46,935 bases of DNA, from contig JBNJGK010000002.1 of the NCBI GenBank assembly GCA_051747665.1, forward strand, positions 2,267 to 49,201. The letters are read 5' to 3'. A model generated the notes under the pieces. It did not search any database, was not told the DNA's origin, and saw only the letters and a program-made list of their open reading frames with translations. A program made the translations under genes and the position numbers. Source of the DNA: Bacteroidota bacterium. Its GTDB lineage: Bacteria; Bacteroidota; Bacteroidia; Bacteroidales; JAIPAH01. Below, in pieces: positions 24,234 to 34,031 of this stretch (position 1 is its first letter; the number at the start of each line of letters is the position of its first letter).

Positions 24234-27200
24234 TGAATTTGTTTTAATACCATGGCGAAAATTATTTGAGATGACGATGCAGGGTGTGGACGAAAAGTCT
24301 GTTTTTGATATCCCGGAAAACCTGTTTTATCATCCCGCAAAGGAAAACCCATTAAGAACAAGCATGTTTGACCAGCCTATTGAAAACCCGGTCGGGATTT
24401 CTGCAGGCCCACATTCCCAGCTTGCACAAAACATTGTAGCTGCCTGGCTGTGCGGAGCACGTTACATTGAGCTCAAAACGGTTCAAACCGATGACGAACT
24501 GGATATTCCCCGTCCATGTATCGACATGCCATTTGAAGGCTATAACTGTGAGTTTTCGCAGGAACTAAAAATTCAACAATCATTTGACCAGTACTTAAAC
24601 GCATGGATTCTCATTCATATACTTAAGGATAAACTTGGATGGAAAGAAGATATCGGCACGATTTTTAACATGAGCATTGGCTACGACCTGAAAGGCATTA
24701 AGCAAAAAAACGTAAGCTGGTTTTTACAAAAAATGCGCGATTGCAGCGCTGAAAAAGAAGAAAAACTAAATGCTGTTGCCGACTTGTATCCTTCAGTAAA
24801 ATCACTGAATATCCCTGATTGTATCTCCGATAACGTCACGCTTTCTACGATGCACGGCTGTCCTCCTGATGAAATTCAACAAATCGGGGAATATCTTTTG
24901 CAGGAACAAAAACTGCATACCTATATCAAATTCAACCCTACTTTGCTGGGCGCAAAGAAAATCCGGGAAATTCTAAAGCATTACAATTATCAAGCAATTG
25001 TCCCTGACGAAGCCTTTGAGCATGATATCTCCTATGAAGATGCCGTTAGCGTGATTCAGTCGCTGCAAAAAACCGCGCAAAATGAAAACCTTCATTTTGG
25101 CCTGAAGCTCACAAACACCCTCGAAACCCGCAACCACAAAGATGTTTTTGAAGAAGAGTCTATGTTTATGAGTGGCAAAGCGCTGCATCCTATAAGCATT
25201 AATGTGGCACGAAAACTAAGAAACGAAAACGCATTGGCCGAAATCCCGGTATCTTTTTCCGGAGGCGTAGATGCCTTTAATATTGCTGAAACGCTGGCTT
25301 GCGGTTTCCGGCCGCTTACAGTAAGCAGCGACTTGCTTCGGCCCGGTGGCTATGGAAAGCTCAGCCAGTATATTGAACTGCTCCAGGAAGAGCTGCAAAA
25401 CAGAGGTGCCGGAGATCTGAACATGTATGCAACGAAAAAAGCAAAAGAAAACGATGCTGAAAAAGCGGCCCTTCAAAACCTCAACGAGTATGCTGACAAG
25501 GTTTTAGACCACAGCAGATATCACGCTGAAACGCCCAGCATTCATCTCGACAGGCCATTAAACGCCTTTGACTGCATCCAGGCGCCCTGCGAAAGCACCT
25601 GCCCGTCAGGACAGCAAGTGCCGGGATACCTCTATCACACAGCCCGCGGCGAATACAATAAAGCCTTTGAAGTAGTCATGCACGACAATCCGTTTCCTTC
25701 AGTATCAGGTATGATTTGCGACCATGAATGCCAAACACGATGCACTCGCGTTTTGTATGATGATCCTTTACTTATCAGGGAAATCAAGCGCTTTGTAGCT
25801 GAAAAAGGCCGCAATGGTACTACTGAAAAAGAAAAAAGCCATCCTGTCAGTACCGCCATTATTGGTGGAGGTCCTTCTGGACTTAGCTGCGCCTATTTTC
25901 TGACAAAAGCGGGAATTCATACTGAAATTTTTGAAGCTGCAAAAGAACCCGGAGGTATGGTAGCTAAAACCATTCCGGCTTTCCGGCTCTCAGAAAACGC
26001 ATTGCGAGAGGATATCCAGCGAATTCAGGATTTAGGAGTCCGGTTTCACTTTGGTGAAAAAATTGATAAGGCAAAATACCGTCAGCTTAAACAGGAGTTT
26101 GATTATGTTTTCATTGCAGTAGGGGCTCCGCAATCAAAAAAGTTAAACACTAAAGGAGCGGAAGAAGTACAGCAAGGAATCTACAATCCTTTGGAGCTGC
26201 TGGCGGATATCAAAACCGGCAAAAACCCTCACTCCGGTAAAAACATCATTGTGCTTGGCGGCGGTAATGTGGCTATGGACGTAGCCCGCACCCTTAAGCG
26301 TCTGGCCGGGACTGACGGGAATGTATCCCTGGTTTACCGACGAACACAGCAGGAAATGCCGGCAGAGGCTGAAGAGCTTGCCGAAGCCAGAGAAGAAGGA
26401 ATTGATTGGATAGAACTGGCTAATCCGGTTAAAGTGATTTCAAAAAACGGCGCCCTCAAAGCTGTTCAGTTTCAAAAAATGAAAATAAAGGGAACAGACC
26501 AAAACGGGCGGCCTAAACCGGTGCCTGACGGAGATAACGTGTTTATGATGAACTGCGATATGCTCGTTCCTGCATTTGGTCAGGAAGTAGAACCGGAGTT
26601 CCGGAAACTACTGGAACAAGAGAAAGCTTCTGTGAAGGAAAACAAAAAAGTTTTTGTTGGAGGAGATGCAAAAAGAGGAGCTTCCACGCTGATCAAAGCG
26701 ATTGCCGACGGAAAAAATGTTGCCCGGACTATCCTGCAACAAGAAGAAATCAATGAAAAACCAATCTTCAGGAATCAGTCTGAAAAACAAGTAACACTCC
26801 CGGAATTACAATACCGCAAAGCCCGGGTAAAAAAGGGCATCCCGGTAAGGAAACAACCACCGGCAGAGCGGCTGGATTTTGGCCTGGTTATTCCGGTAAT
26901 GAAGGAAGCAGAAGCACGGCAGGAAGCCGACCGATGCATGTATTGCGATGAGCTGTGCAACATTTGTGTGGATGTTTGTCCGAACCGCGCCAACCATGGC
27001 TACCAGGTAAAACCTTTTACGATGGAAATACCGGCAGCAAAAACGATTGACGGAAAAACACAGGCCTACACATCCGGGACATTTAAGCTGGAACAATTAA
27101 ACCAGGTTCTGAATATCAAAGATTTCTGCAATGAATGCGGCAACTGCGAAACATTCTGCCCTTCAAACGGAGCTCCCTTCCGCGACAAGCCGCAGGTGCA

Positions 27201-27483
27201 TCTGTCAGAAAAAAGCTTTGCCGCCGCTAGTGAAGGGTTCTGCTTTAAAAACGGAAAATTAGTGATGAAAACCGAACACGGCATCAAAACCCTGCAAAAA
27301 AACAAAACTTCTTTTGTTTTTGAATCCGCAGCAGCAGAAGCAGAGTTTGATGCATATTCTTTTAAACCGGAACAAATAATACTCAAAAAAGCCGGTGAAA
27401 CCGATTTTTCAGAAGCCATCATGATGTGGGTATTGCATGATGAAGTAAAGAAACTCAGCAAAACACAAAATGTAAAACAATAA
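24226..27483 (+). CDS. ygfK: YgfK-family Fe-S/flavin oxidoreductase ('putative selenate reductase subunit YgfK')
   Basis: 1085 aa. N-terminal DHOD/DPD-like barrel, Cys clusters CIQAPCESTCP and CDHECQTRC, dinucleotide folds IIGGGPSGLSCAYFL and IIVLGGGNVAMDVART, and C-terminal CMYCDELCNICVDVCP and CNECGNCETFCP. Confidence 0.85.
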   Translation: MNDEFVLIPWRKLFEMTMQGVDEKSVFDIPENLFYHPAKENPLRTSMFDQPIENPVGISAGPHSQLAQNIVAAWLCGARYIELKTVQTDDELDIPRPCIDMPFEGYNCEFSQELKIQQSFDQYLNAWILIHILKDKLGWKEDIGTIFNMSIGYDLKGIKQKNVSWFLQKMRDCSAEKEEKLNAVADLYPSVKSLNIPDCISDNVTLSTMHGCPPDEIQQIGEYLLQEQKLHTYIKFNPTLLGAKKIREILKHYNYQAIVPDEAFEHDISYEDAVSVIQSLQKTAQNENLHFGLKLTNTLETRNHKDVFEEESMFMSGKALHPISINVARKLRNENALAEIPVSFSGGVDAFNIAETLACGFRPLTVSSDLLRPGGYGKLSQYIELLQEELQNRGAGDLNMYATKKAKENDAEKAALQNLNEYADKVLDHSRYHAETPSIHLDRPLNAFDCIQAPCESTCPSGQQVPGYLYHTARGEYNKAFEVVMHDNPFPSVSGMICDHECQTRCTRVLYDDPLLIREIKRFVAEKGRNGTTEKEKSHPVSTAIIGGGPSGLSCAYFLTKAGIHTEIFEAAKEPGGMVAKTIPAFRLSENALREDIQRIQDLGVRFHFGEKIDKAKYRQLKQEFDYVFIAVGAPQSKKLNTKGAEEVQQGIYNPLELLADIKTGKNPHSGKNIIVLGGGNVAMDVARTLKRLAGTDGNVSLVYRRTQQEMPAEAEELAEAREEGIDWIELANPVKVISKNGALKAVQFQKMKIKGTDQNGRPKPVPDGDNVFMMNCDMLVPAFGQEVEPEFRKLLEQEKASVKENKKVFVGGDAKRGASTLIKAIADGKNVARTILQQEEINEKPIFRNQSEKQVTLPELQYRKARVKKGIPVRKQPPAERLDFGLVIPVMKEAEARQEADRCMYCDELCNICVDVCPNRANHGYQVKPFTMEIPAAKTIDGKTQAYTSGTFKLEQLNQVLNIKDFCNECGNCETFCPSNGAPFRDKPQVHLSEKSFAAASEGFCFKNGKLVMKTEHGIKTLQKNKTSFVFESAAAEAEFDAYSFKPEQIILKKAGETDFSEAIMMWVLHDEVKKLSKTQNVKQ

Positions 27484-27498
27484 AAACAAGATAAAACC

Positions 27499-28692
27499 AT
27501 GCATAAAGAAATCTTACAAAAAACAGAACAATACGCTTCTTTCACCGCCGAGTGCTTATCTGAAATGGTTAAAATACCCTCACTCAGCGGCGAAGAAAAA
27601 GAAGTCATGGAGAAAGTAAGCGAGCTTCTTGACCGCGCCGGCATAAAAGAACACTGGACCGACGGCCTGGGCAACGTGATTGCTAAGGTGGGAAGTGGCC
27701 CCAGGATTCTGGCTGTTGATGCGCACATAGATACCGTAGATACCGGCGATGTGGACCAATGGGATTTTGATCCCTTTTCAGGCGAAATCAAAGACGGTTT
27801 TGTGCATGGCCGCGGCACGGTTGACCAGGAAGGCGGTGCAGCCTCTATGATTACCGCTGCGAGGATTCTCCAGGAACTCAATTACAATGGTGGCTGGACA
27901 GTCTATTTTACTTTTACCGTGATGGAGGAAGACTGCGACGGACTATGCTGGCTTTACCTGATAGAGAAAGAAAACCTGAAACCTGATTATTGCGTCATAA
28001 CCGAGCCTACCAACCTGAATATTTATCGCGGACACCGCGGCAGAATGGAAATGGATGTCTATTTCAAAGGACTCTCAGCGCATGCCTCTGCTCCTGAACG
28101 AGGTGAAAATACCATTTACAGCGCCGCCCGTTTCGCTACACAGCTACAACAGCTTAATGAAAACCTCAAAACGGATGAATTGCTGGGCAAAGGAACGCTG
28201 GCGCCTACGGTATTCCAGACCGATTCTCCCTCGCTTTGCGCCATTCCCGATAAGGCATCCATGCATATCGACCGGCGCCTGACATGGGGTGAGACTAAAG
28301 ACTCCGCCGTGAAGGAAGTTGAAAACCTGCTGGGAGATGATGCCCGCGTAGAAGTTCCGCTCTACGACAAACCCAGCTACAAAGGAACGGTATTTAAGCA
28401 GGAAAAATATTTCCCTACATGGAAAATAGAAGAAAATCATCCCTTAATCCAATCGGGTGTAAGAAATTTCAAAAACCTTTTCGGCAAGCAACCGCTGGTA
28501 GATAAGTGGACGTTTTCCACCAATGCAGTGGCCGTATGTGGGAGATATGAAATTCCTTGCCTGGGATTTGGCCCGGGAAATGAAGTAATGGCACATGCCC
28601 CCAACGAAAAAACACCGGTAGAACACCTCGATAAAGCAGCCGCTTTTTACGCCATGCTGCCATATACGCTGGATGACAAACTACAGAGCTAA
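27499..28692 (+). CDS. ygeY: YgeY-family M20 metallohydrolase
   Basis: By recall it is collinear with E. coli YgeY. Shared blocks are DAHIDTV, WDFDPF, GRGTVDQEGG, EEDCDGLCW, YRGHRGRME, SAPERGEN, IDRRLTWGET, YFPTWKIEE and VDKWTFSTNAV...GFGPG...AHAPNEK. Confidence 0.88.
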   Translation: MHKEILQKTEQYASFTAECLSEMVKIPSLSGEEKEVMEKVSELLDRAGIKEHWTDGLGNVIAKVGSGPRILAVDAHIDTVDTGDVDQWDFDPFSGEIKDGFVHGRGTVDQEGGAASMITAARILQELNYNGGWTVYFTFTVMEEDCDGLCWLYLIEKENLKPDYCVITEPTNLNIYRGHRGRMEMDVYFKGLSAHASAPERGENTIYSAARFATQLQQLNENLKTDELLGKGTLAPTVFQTDSPSLCAIPDKASMHIDRRLTWGETKDSAVKEVENLLGDDARVEVPLYDKPSYKGTVFKQEKYFPTWKIEENHPLIQSGVRNFKNLFGKQPLVDKWTFSTNAVAVCGRYEIPCLGFGPGNEVMAHAPNEKTPVEHLDKAAAFYAMLPYTLDDKLQS

Positions 28693-28718
28693 AAACTGAA
28701 TAAAAATTTCGATATACT

Positions 28719-29711
28719 ATGAACTTAAAAGGAAAAGACCTTATCACATTTCAGGACTGGACAAAAGAAGAAATTAATTACCTTCTGAAAGTCACATCCG
28801 ATTTGAAAAAACGCATAAAACAGGGTGAAATCATTGAAGACCTGAAGCATAAAACACTGTTCATGATTTTCTTTGAACAGTCTACCCGCACCCGGAATTC
28901 TATGGAAGCCGCCATGACGCAGTTGGGCGGACATGCACATGATTTGACCAAAGACAAAATGCAGATTTCGCATGGCGAAACACCAAAAGATACGGGCAAC
29001 GTACTGGCGCGTATGGGCGAAGCCATAGCTATCCGGAACTGTTTCCATGAACTCGGCAATCAATATATCCGTGATATCGCAAAATATGCTGATGTGCCGA
29101 TGATATCCATGCAGGATGATATCTACCATCCGCTCCAGGTTATTGCCGACTTCCTGACCATCAAAGAGCACTTTCAGCAACCCGAAAAGCTTAAAGTCAG
29201 CATTTTGTGGACCTATGCCACTTCTCATGCCAAGCCACTTTCCGTACCACAGTCGCAGGTGTTGTTTTTCCCGCGATATGGAATGGACGTAACCGTTGGT
29301 ATGCCTGAAGAATTTCCTTTGCAGGATGATATCATGAAACAAGCCCAAAAGAATGCAGAAGAAACAGGCGCCGAACTTAACGTTACACACAGCAAAGAAG
29401 AAGCAGTTAGGGACGCCGACATCGTAATCCCCAAAAACTGGGGCGGATTCGGATATTTTGATAAATGGGAAGACACCGAAAAAAACAAAGCGATTATGAA
29501 ATCCAATTTAGAGAAACATCCGGACTGGATTTTAGACAGAAAGCTTTATGAGCTAGCCAGGAAAGATGCGAAAATAATGCATGCCCTTCCTGCCGACCGC
29601 GGCAAGGAAGTTACAGATGAAATTCTGGACTCACCCAACTCTATCATTTATGATGAAGCGGAAAACCGCCTGCACACCGCGCGCGGCCTTTTACGTGAGC
29701 TTATGAAATAA
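28719..29711 (+). CDS. ygeW: YgeW-family (knotted) carbamoyltransferase
   Basis: STRTRNS carbamoyl-phosphate motif, QISHGETPKDT, HAKPLSVPQS, RYGMDVTVGMPEEF, DADIVIPKNW and MHALPADRG. These parallel the E. coli YgeW blocks. At 330 aa it is shorter than the ~396-aa E. coli protein. Confidence 0.85.
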   Translation: MNLKGKDLITFQDWTKEEINYLLKVTSDLKKRIKQGEIIEDLKHKTLFMIFFEQSTRTRNSMEAAMTQLGGHAHDLTKDKMQISHGETPKDTGNVLARMGEAIAIRNCFHELGNQYIRDIAKYADVPMISMQDDIYHPLQVIADFLTIKEHFQQPEKLKVSILWTYATSHAKPLSVPQSQVLFFPRYGMDVTVGMPEEFPLQDDIMKQAQKNAEETGAELNVTHSKEEAVRDADIVIPKNWGGFGYFDKWEDTEKNKAIMKSNLEKHPDWILDRKLYELARKDAKIMHALPADRGKEVTDEILDSPNSIIYDEAENRLHTARGLLRELMK

Positions 29712-29719
29712 AAACGATT

Positions 29720-30901
29720 ATGAATTATTATTACAAATGCAGCGAGTGTGGTAAAACGTATCCGATAACACCGGACAGGATGCTGTGCGAAGACTGCAGC
29801 AGCAAGCAAAAATCCGGCCGTCCGCTCCGCGGCATCCTTGAGGTAGCAATGGAAGGTCAGCTCGCCGATTGCACCTCCGTTTATGCTGTTTTACCGATAG
29901 AAAAAAAGTGGTTTCCGCAGATTCCGGTTGGCAACACTCCGCTCTGGTCACCTAAAAAGCTGCAACAAAAGCACGGCTTTCCAAACCTGTTTATCAAGGA
30001 TGACACCCGGAATTTAACCGGTTCTTATAAAGACAGAGCCTCATGGCTGGTCGCCGCCTCTGCGCTTAAGTGGGGCATCAGGCATGTTACGGTTGCTTCT
30101 ACAGGAAACGCGGCCTCTTCAATGGCCGGCATCGGAGCTGCGGCAGGACTCAGGGTAACCATTTATGTGCCGGGTTCCATTCCAAAAGCTAAGCTTGTAC
30201 AGTCGCTACAGTACGGCGCTGAGGTGATTTCTGTAAACGGAAGCTATGACGACGCTTTCCGCATGGCAATGAAACCAGACTCATCAGAAAAAGTACTCAA
30301 CAGAAATACCGGCTATAACCCGCTTACGCTGGAAGGCAAAAAAACAGCTTCCTTTGAGCTATGCCACCAGATGACAAATACACCAGACTATATTTTTGTG
30401 CCTGCTGGCGATGCTGTCGTGCTTAGCGGCATGATTAAAGGGTTTAAAGACCTCCAAAAACTCGGCAAAATCGGCAGATTTCCAAAGTTCATCGCTGTGC
30501 AGGCCGAGGGAAGCAGCGCCCTGGCGAAAGCTATGGAACAAGGAGATTTTTCAGACCCAGTGAAATCAGAAACCATAGCTGATTCCATCCAGGTAGATGT
30601 TCCGGCATGTGGATATTATGCTTTGCGCGAATTGAAAGCGCACAGCGGCGACTGCATAACGGTTTCCGATAATGAAATCCGGCAAGCACAAATAGAATTA
30701 TCTTCAGAGGCGGGGCTTTTTGCAGAGCCCTCTGCGGCAGCTTCTTTGGCAGGCTTACTCAAGATGAAAGCAGATATTGAACCGGAGGCAAAAATCGTGT
30801 TGCTGGCTTCAGGAACGGGACTCAAAGACATCGACAACGCACAGCAGGCTGTGGAAAACGCAGGCAGAACCATAACACGAAAGGAGGTCTCGGATGATTG
30901 A
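29720..30901 (+). CDS. Threonine-synthase-like fold-type-II PLP enzyme with an N-terminal 4-Cys zinc ribbon
   Basis: CSECG...CEDC ribbon, VGNTPLW, PLP-lysine motif LTGSYKDRAS, ASTGNAASS, and a C-terminal LLASGTGLKD. It is collinear with short ThrC proteins but sits inside the purine operon. Confidence 0.8.
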   Translation: MNYYYKCSECGKTYPITPDRMLCEDCSSKQKSGRPLRGILEVAMEGQLADCTSVYAVLPIEKKWFPQIPVGNTPLWSPKKLQQKHGFPNLFIKDDTRNLTGSYKDRASWLVAASALKWGIRHVTVASTGNAASSMAGIGAAAGLRVTIYVPGSIPKAKLVQSLQYGAEVISVNGSYDDAFRMAMKPDSSEKVLNRNTGYNPLTLEGKKTASFELCHQMTNTPDYIFVPAGDAVVLSGMIKGFKDLQKLGKIGRFPKFIAVQAEGSSALAKAMEQGDFSDPVKSETIADSIQVDVPACGYYALRELKAHSGDCITVSDNEIRQAQIELSSEAGLFAEPSAAASLAGLLKMKADIEPEAKIVLLASGTGLKDIDNAQQAVENAGRTITRKEVSDD

Positions 30902-31460
30902 AGCCATAATTTTAGCAGCAGGGTATTCCTCGCGCACCAGCCGCTATAAAATGACTTTGCCTTTGGGCGAAAAAACCGTACTACAGCATACTGTAGAGTC
31001 GTTTTTAAAAGTTTGCAATAAAGTAATTGTGGTTTGCGGACATAACGCCCGGGATTGTAAAAAACTTTTTGCAAACCAAAAAGGAGTGATTGTTACCGTA
31101 AACCCGAATTTTTCCAAAGGCATGTTCAACTCTGTGCAGCACGGCGTTCGTCAGTTGCATTCGGATATATTTTTTGTGATTCCGGGCGATCAACCTATGG
31201 TTAAGCCCGAAACACTAACGAAGTTGCTTGCTGCCGATGGAGACATCATAAATCCGGCCTACCGGGGAAAAAAAGGACATCCGGTATTGTTCCGGGGCAA
31301 CAGCAAAAAAGGTATACTGGATATGCCGGAAAATGCGGTTTTGCGCGATTATATACACAGCCATCCATCCACGGTACTCGAAGTGGATGATGAGGGCGTC
31401 TTGCTGGATATCGATACCGATGAAGATTATGAAAACATGGCAACCCGTTTTGCTACATGA
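30894..31460 (+). CDS. mocA: Molybdenum cofactor cytidylyltransferase (MocA/YgfJ-like)
   Basis: AIILAAGYSSRTSRYKM nucleotide-binding loop, VIPGDQPMV and GHPVLF. It is 188 aa and overlaps both neighbouring genes. Confidence 0.75.
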   Translation: MIEAIILAAGYSSRTSRYKMTLPLGEKTVLQHTVESFLKVCNKVIVVCGHNARDCKKLFANQKGVIVTVNPNFSKGMFNSVQHGVRQLHSDIFFVIPGDQPMVKPETLTKLLAADGDIINPAYRGKKGHPVLFRGNSKKGILDMPENAVLRDYIHSHPSTVLEVDDEGVLLDIDTDEDYENMATRFAT

Positions 31461-33574
31461 TAAATAACAGGAAACAGTTTATGGAAAACAAAATCAGTAC
31501 TTCTATTCCCCGCTTTGACGCCAGTAAAAAACTATCCGGCGAAGCCGTTTACATCGGCGATATGGTTTTGGATGGAATGCTGCATGCACGCACCTTAAGA
31601 AGCGAAAAAGCCCATGCCCGCATCATCAGTATTGAACTTCCCGAACTGCCTGAAGGATATTTTGCCATCACAAAAGAAGATGTTCCTAGAGAAAACCATA
31701 TGCAAAGTGTTGTTTCAGACCACCCGCTTTTTGCTGATAAAGAGGTTTTTTACATCGGACAGCCTCTTCTTCTTATGATAGGTCCTGACAAGGAAAAGAC
31801 AGCCTCGCTGGCTTCGCAAGTAAAGGTCAGGTATGAAGATTTACCTTCCATTACAAACATGGAAGAAGCCATCCGGAAAAACAAAACGCACGTCAGCTAC
31901 CAATATGACAAAGGAAATCCTGAAGGAGCTTTTCGCGAAAGCAAAAACATTATCTCTGAAACATTTTATACCGGAAGACCTGACCAGTTATACCTTGAGA
32001 CAAATGGCGTTATAGCCAAGTGGGAAAACGAGCGCATGACGGTTTATGGTTCCATGCAATGTCCCTTTTTTGTAAAAAATGCTGTGGCTGAAGCTACAGG
32101 CCTGGCTCCGGATCAGATTCGCGTTATACAAACGGTTACCGGAGGTGCGTTTGGAGGTAAAGAGGAATACCCTTCATTGCTGGCTGCACAGGCGGCAATT
32201 GCTTCTCTGAAAACCGGCAAACCTGTCCGGTTGATCTTAGACCGGAAAGAGGACCTGGAAGCCAGCACAAAACGTCATCCTGCCAAGATGAAATACCGTG
32301 CGGCCATTAATGCGAAGCAAGAGATTACAGCCATAGACATTGACATTAGTTTTGATGGCGGCGCTTTTGCTACTATCTCTCCGGTAGTACTTCAAAGAGG
32401 CATGTTTACGGCTACGGGCGTGTATAATTTTCCTCATATCAGGGTTAAAGGTCGCGTAGTTGATACTCACAAAGTTCCTTCCGGCGCTTTTCGCGGTTTT
32501 GGCGCACCGCAGGTACTGTTTGCCATGGAACAAATGATGCTTCGTATTAGTAACAGATTAAACCAGAATACGCTGAATTTTAAGAAAAAGCACCTTATAA
32601 AAACAGGAGACACCACAGCCACCGGCGGCAAAATGTGGTCGGATATCAAAATCAATGAAGTGATAGAGAAAATTACGGGGATGTCTGACTACAACCACAA
32701 AAAAGCTAAGCACGGAAAAAACCGCGGCATTGGTATTTCGTTGTTTTTACACGGTTGTGGTTTCACCGGACGTGGCGAAGTGGACATCAGTGGTGAAGTC
32801 ATCCTGAAAAAGAAAAATGAAAATATCAGCATCTACACTTCCAATGTAGAGATGGGTCAGGGCGCCTCCACAACGCTAAGAAAAATTGTGGCCCAGAGCC
32901 TGCAAATCCCTGAAGCAAAAGTCAGCTTTGAGCCTCAGGATACCGACCGGGTACCAAATTCCGGGCCTACTGTAGCTTCCAGAACGGCTATGATTATCGG
33001 CGGACTGGTGAAAAAAGCATGTAATCAGCTTCTTGAAAAATGGCATTTGCCTGATGTTGAGGTCAAAGAAGTTTACCAGCATCCCGGATATGTAAACTGG
33101 GATAACAAAACATTTCGGGGCGATGCTTACCCCGTCTACTCATGGGGCGCTAATGTGGCTGAAGTAGAAGCCGATCCGGTTACATGCGAAATAGACGTAA
33201 AAAAATTATGGGGTGTTTATGATATTGGCGTAGCGCTGGATGAGGACATCATCCGCGGACAGATGCAGGGCGGCATGATCCAGGGACTGGGATATGCCCT
33301 GATGGAAAAAATGGAACACCTGCAAGGAAAATTGCAACAGTTGAACTTAACGGATTATACCATTCCCACAACAATGGATACACCAGAAATGGAATGCGAT
33401 TTTGTAGAAAATCCATACGAATTTGGACCTTTCGGTGCTAAATGTGCCGGAGAGCTGCCGCTGAATGGCATAGCTCCTGCTTTAGCTGAAGCAGTGGAGC
33501 AGGCGCTTGGCATCAAAGTAAGCCAAATTCCTTTGACTCCTGAATACTTAAAAGAAAGGCAACATGAAGATTGA
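31457..33574 (+). CDS. Molybdopterin-binding large subunit with xanthine-dehydrogenase-type active-site motifs
   Basis: TGGAFGGKEE, GAFRGFGAPQ and GAKCAGELPLNGIAPALAEAV. In bovine XOR the equivalent motifs GGGFGGKE, FRGFGGPQ and VGEPP carry Glu802, Arg880 and Glu1261. Confidence 0.9.
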   Translation: MINNRKQFMENKISTSIPRFDASKKLSGEAVYIGDMVLDGMLHARTLRSEKAHARIISIELPELPEGYFAITKEDVPRENHMQSVVSDHPLFADKEVFYIGQPLLLMIGPDKEKTASLASQVKVRYEDLPSITNMEEAIRKNKTHVSYQYDKGNPEGAFRESKNIISETFYTGRPDQLYLETNGVIAKWENERMTVYGSMQCPFFVKNAVAEATGLAPDQIRVIQTVTGGAFGGKEEYPSLLAAQAAIASLKTGKPVRLILDRKEDLEASTKRHPAKMKYRAAINAKQEITAIDIDISFDGGAFATISPVVLQRGMFTATGVYNFPHIRVKGRVVDTHKVPSGAFRGFGAPQVLFAMEQMMLRISNRLNQNTLNFKKKHLIKTGDTTATGGKMWSDIKINEVIEKITGMSDYNHKKAKHGKNRGIGISLFLHGCGFTGRGEVDISGEVILKKKNENISIYTSNVEMGQGASTTLRKIVAQSLQIPEAKVSFEPQDTDRVPNSGPTVASRTAMIIGGLVKKACNQLLEKWHLPDVEVKEVYQHPGYVNWDNKTFRGDAYPVYSWGANVAEVEADPVTCEIDVKKLWGVYDIGVALDEDIIRGQMQGGMIQGLGYALMEKMEHLQGKLQQLNLTDYTIPTTMDTPEMECDFVENPYEFGPFGAKCAGELPLNGIAPALAEAVEQALGIKVSQIPLTPEYLKERQHED

Positions 33575-34031
33575 ATTCAATTTAAACGGAAAAACTGAGG
33601 TGTTTGAAGGCCCGCCGGAGTCGCGCTTATTAGATGTGCTAAGGGATCACTTCGGGTTAAAAAGCCTGAAAGAAGGCTGCGGCGAAGGAGAATGTGGCGC
33701 CTGCACGGTGCTGCTTGATGGAAAAGCCGTGGCCTCATGTATTTTGCCTGCCGGAGCTGCTGCCGGCAGAAAGATAGAAACCCTGGAAGGCATTCGCAAC
33801 GGCAACAGCTACAACCTCATCAAGCAAGCATTCAGGGAGTCCGGCGCTGTACAATGCGGCTTTTGCACCCCCGGCATGGTCATGGCTGCCGAATCGCTGC
33901 TGCGCGAAAACCCAAACCCGGATAAAACAGACATCCGTCGCGCGCTGTCGGGAAACTTATGCCGCTGCACGGGATACAGCATGATATTAAACGGCGTGGA
34001 ACTAGCTGTAAAAAGACAGGAGGAAAAATGA
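33564..34031 (+). CDS. (2Fe-2S)-binding small subunit of the second molybdenum hydroxylase
   Basis: CGEGECGACTVLLDGKAVASC, QCGFCTPGM and CRCTGY. Confidence 0.92.
   Translation: MKIEFNLNGKTEVFEGPPESRLLDVLRDHFGLKSLKEGCGEGECGACTVLLDGKAVASCILPAGAAAGRKIETLEGIRNGNSYNLIKQAFRESGAVQCGFCTPGMVMAAESLLRENPNPDKTDIRRALSGNLCRCTGYSMILNGVELAVKRQEEK

Noticed and set aside
27066-27881. 271-aa minus-strand ORF spanning the ygfK/ygeY junction
   Set aside because: It is entirely antisense to two ORFs with strong family motifs. Its sequence is low-complexity and Ser/Cys-rich with no recognisable domain. This is a typical shadow ORF.
28725-29390. 221-aa minus-strand ORF opposite ygeW, and likewise the 201-aa plus-strand ORF 42526-43131 opposite cysK
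   Set aside because: The sense-strand genes carry unambiguous catalytic motifs (STRTR for ygeW; SVKDR and GTGGT for cysK). The antisense translations have none.
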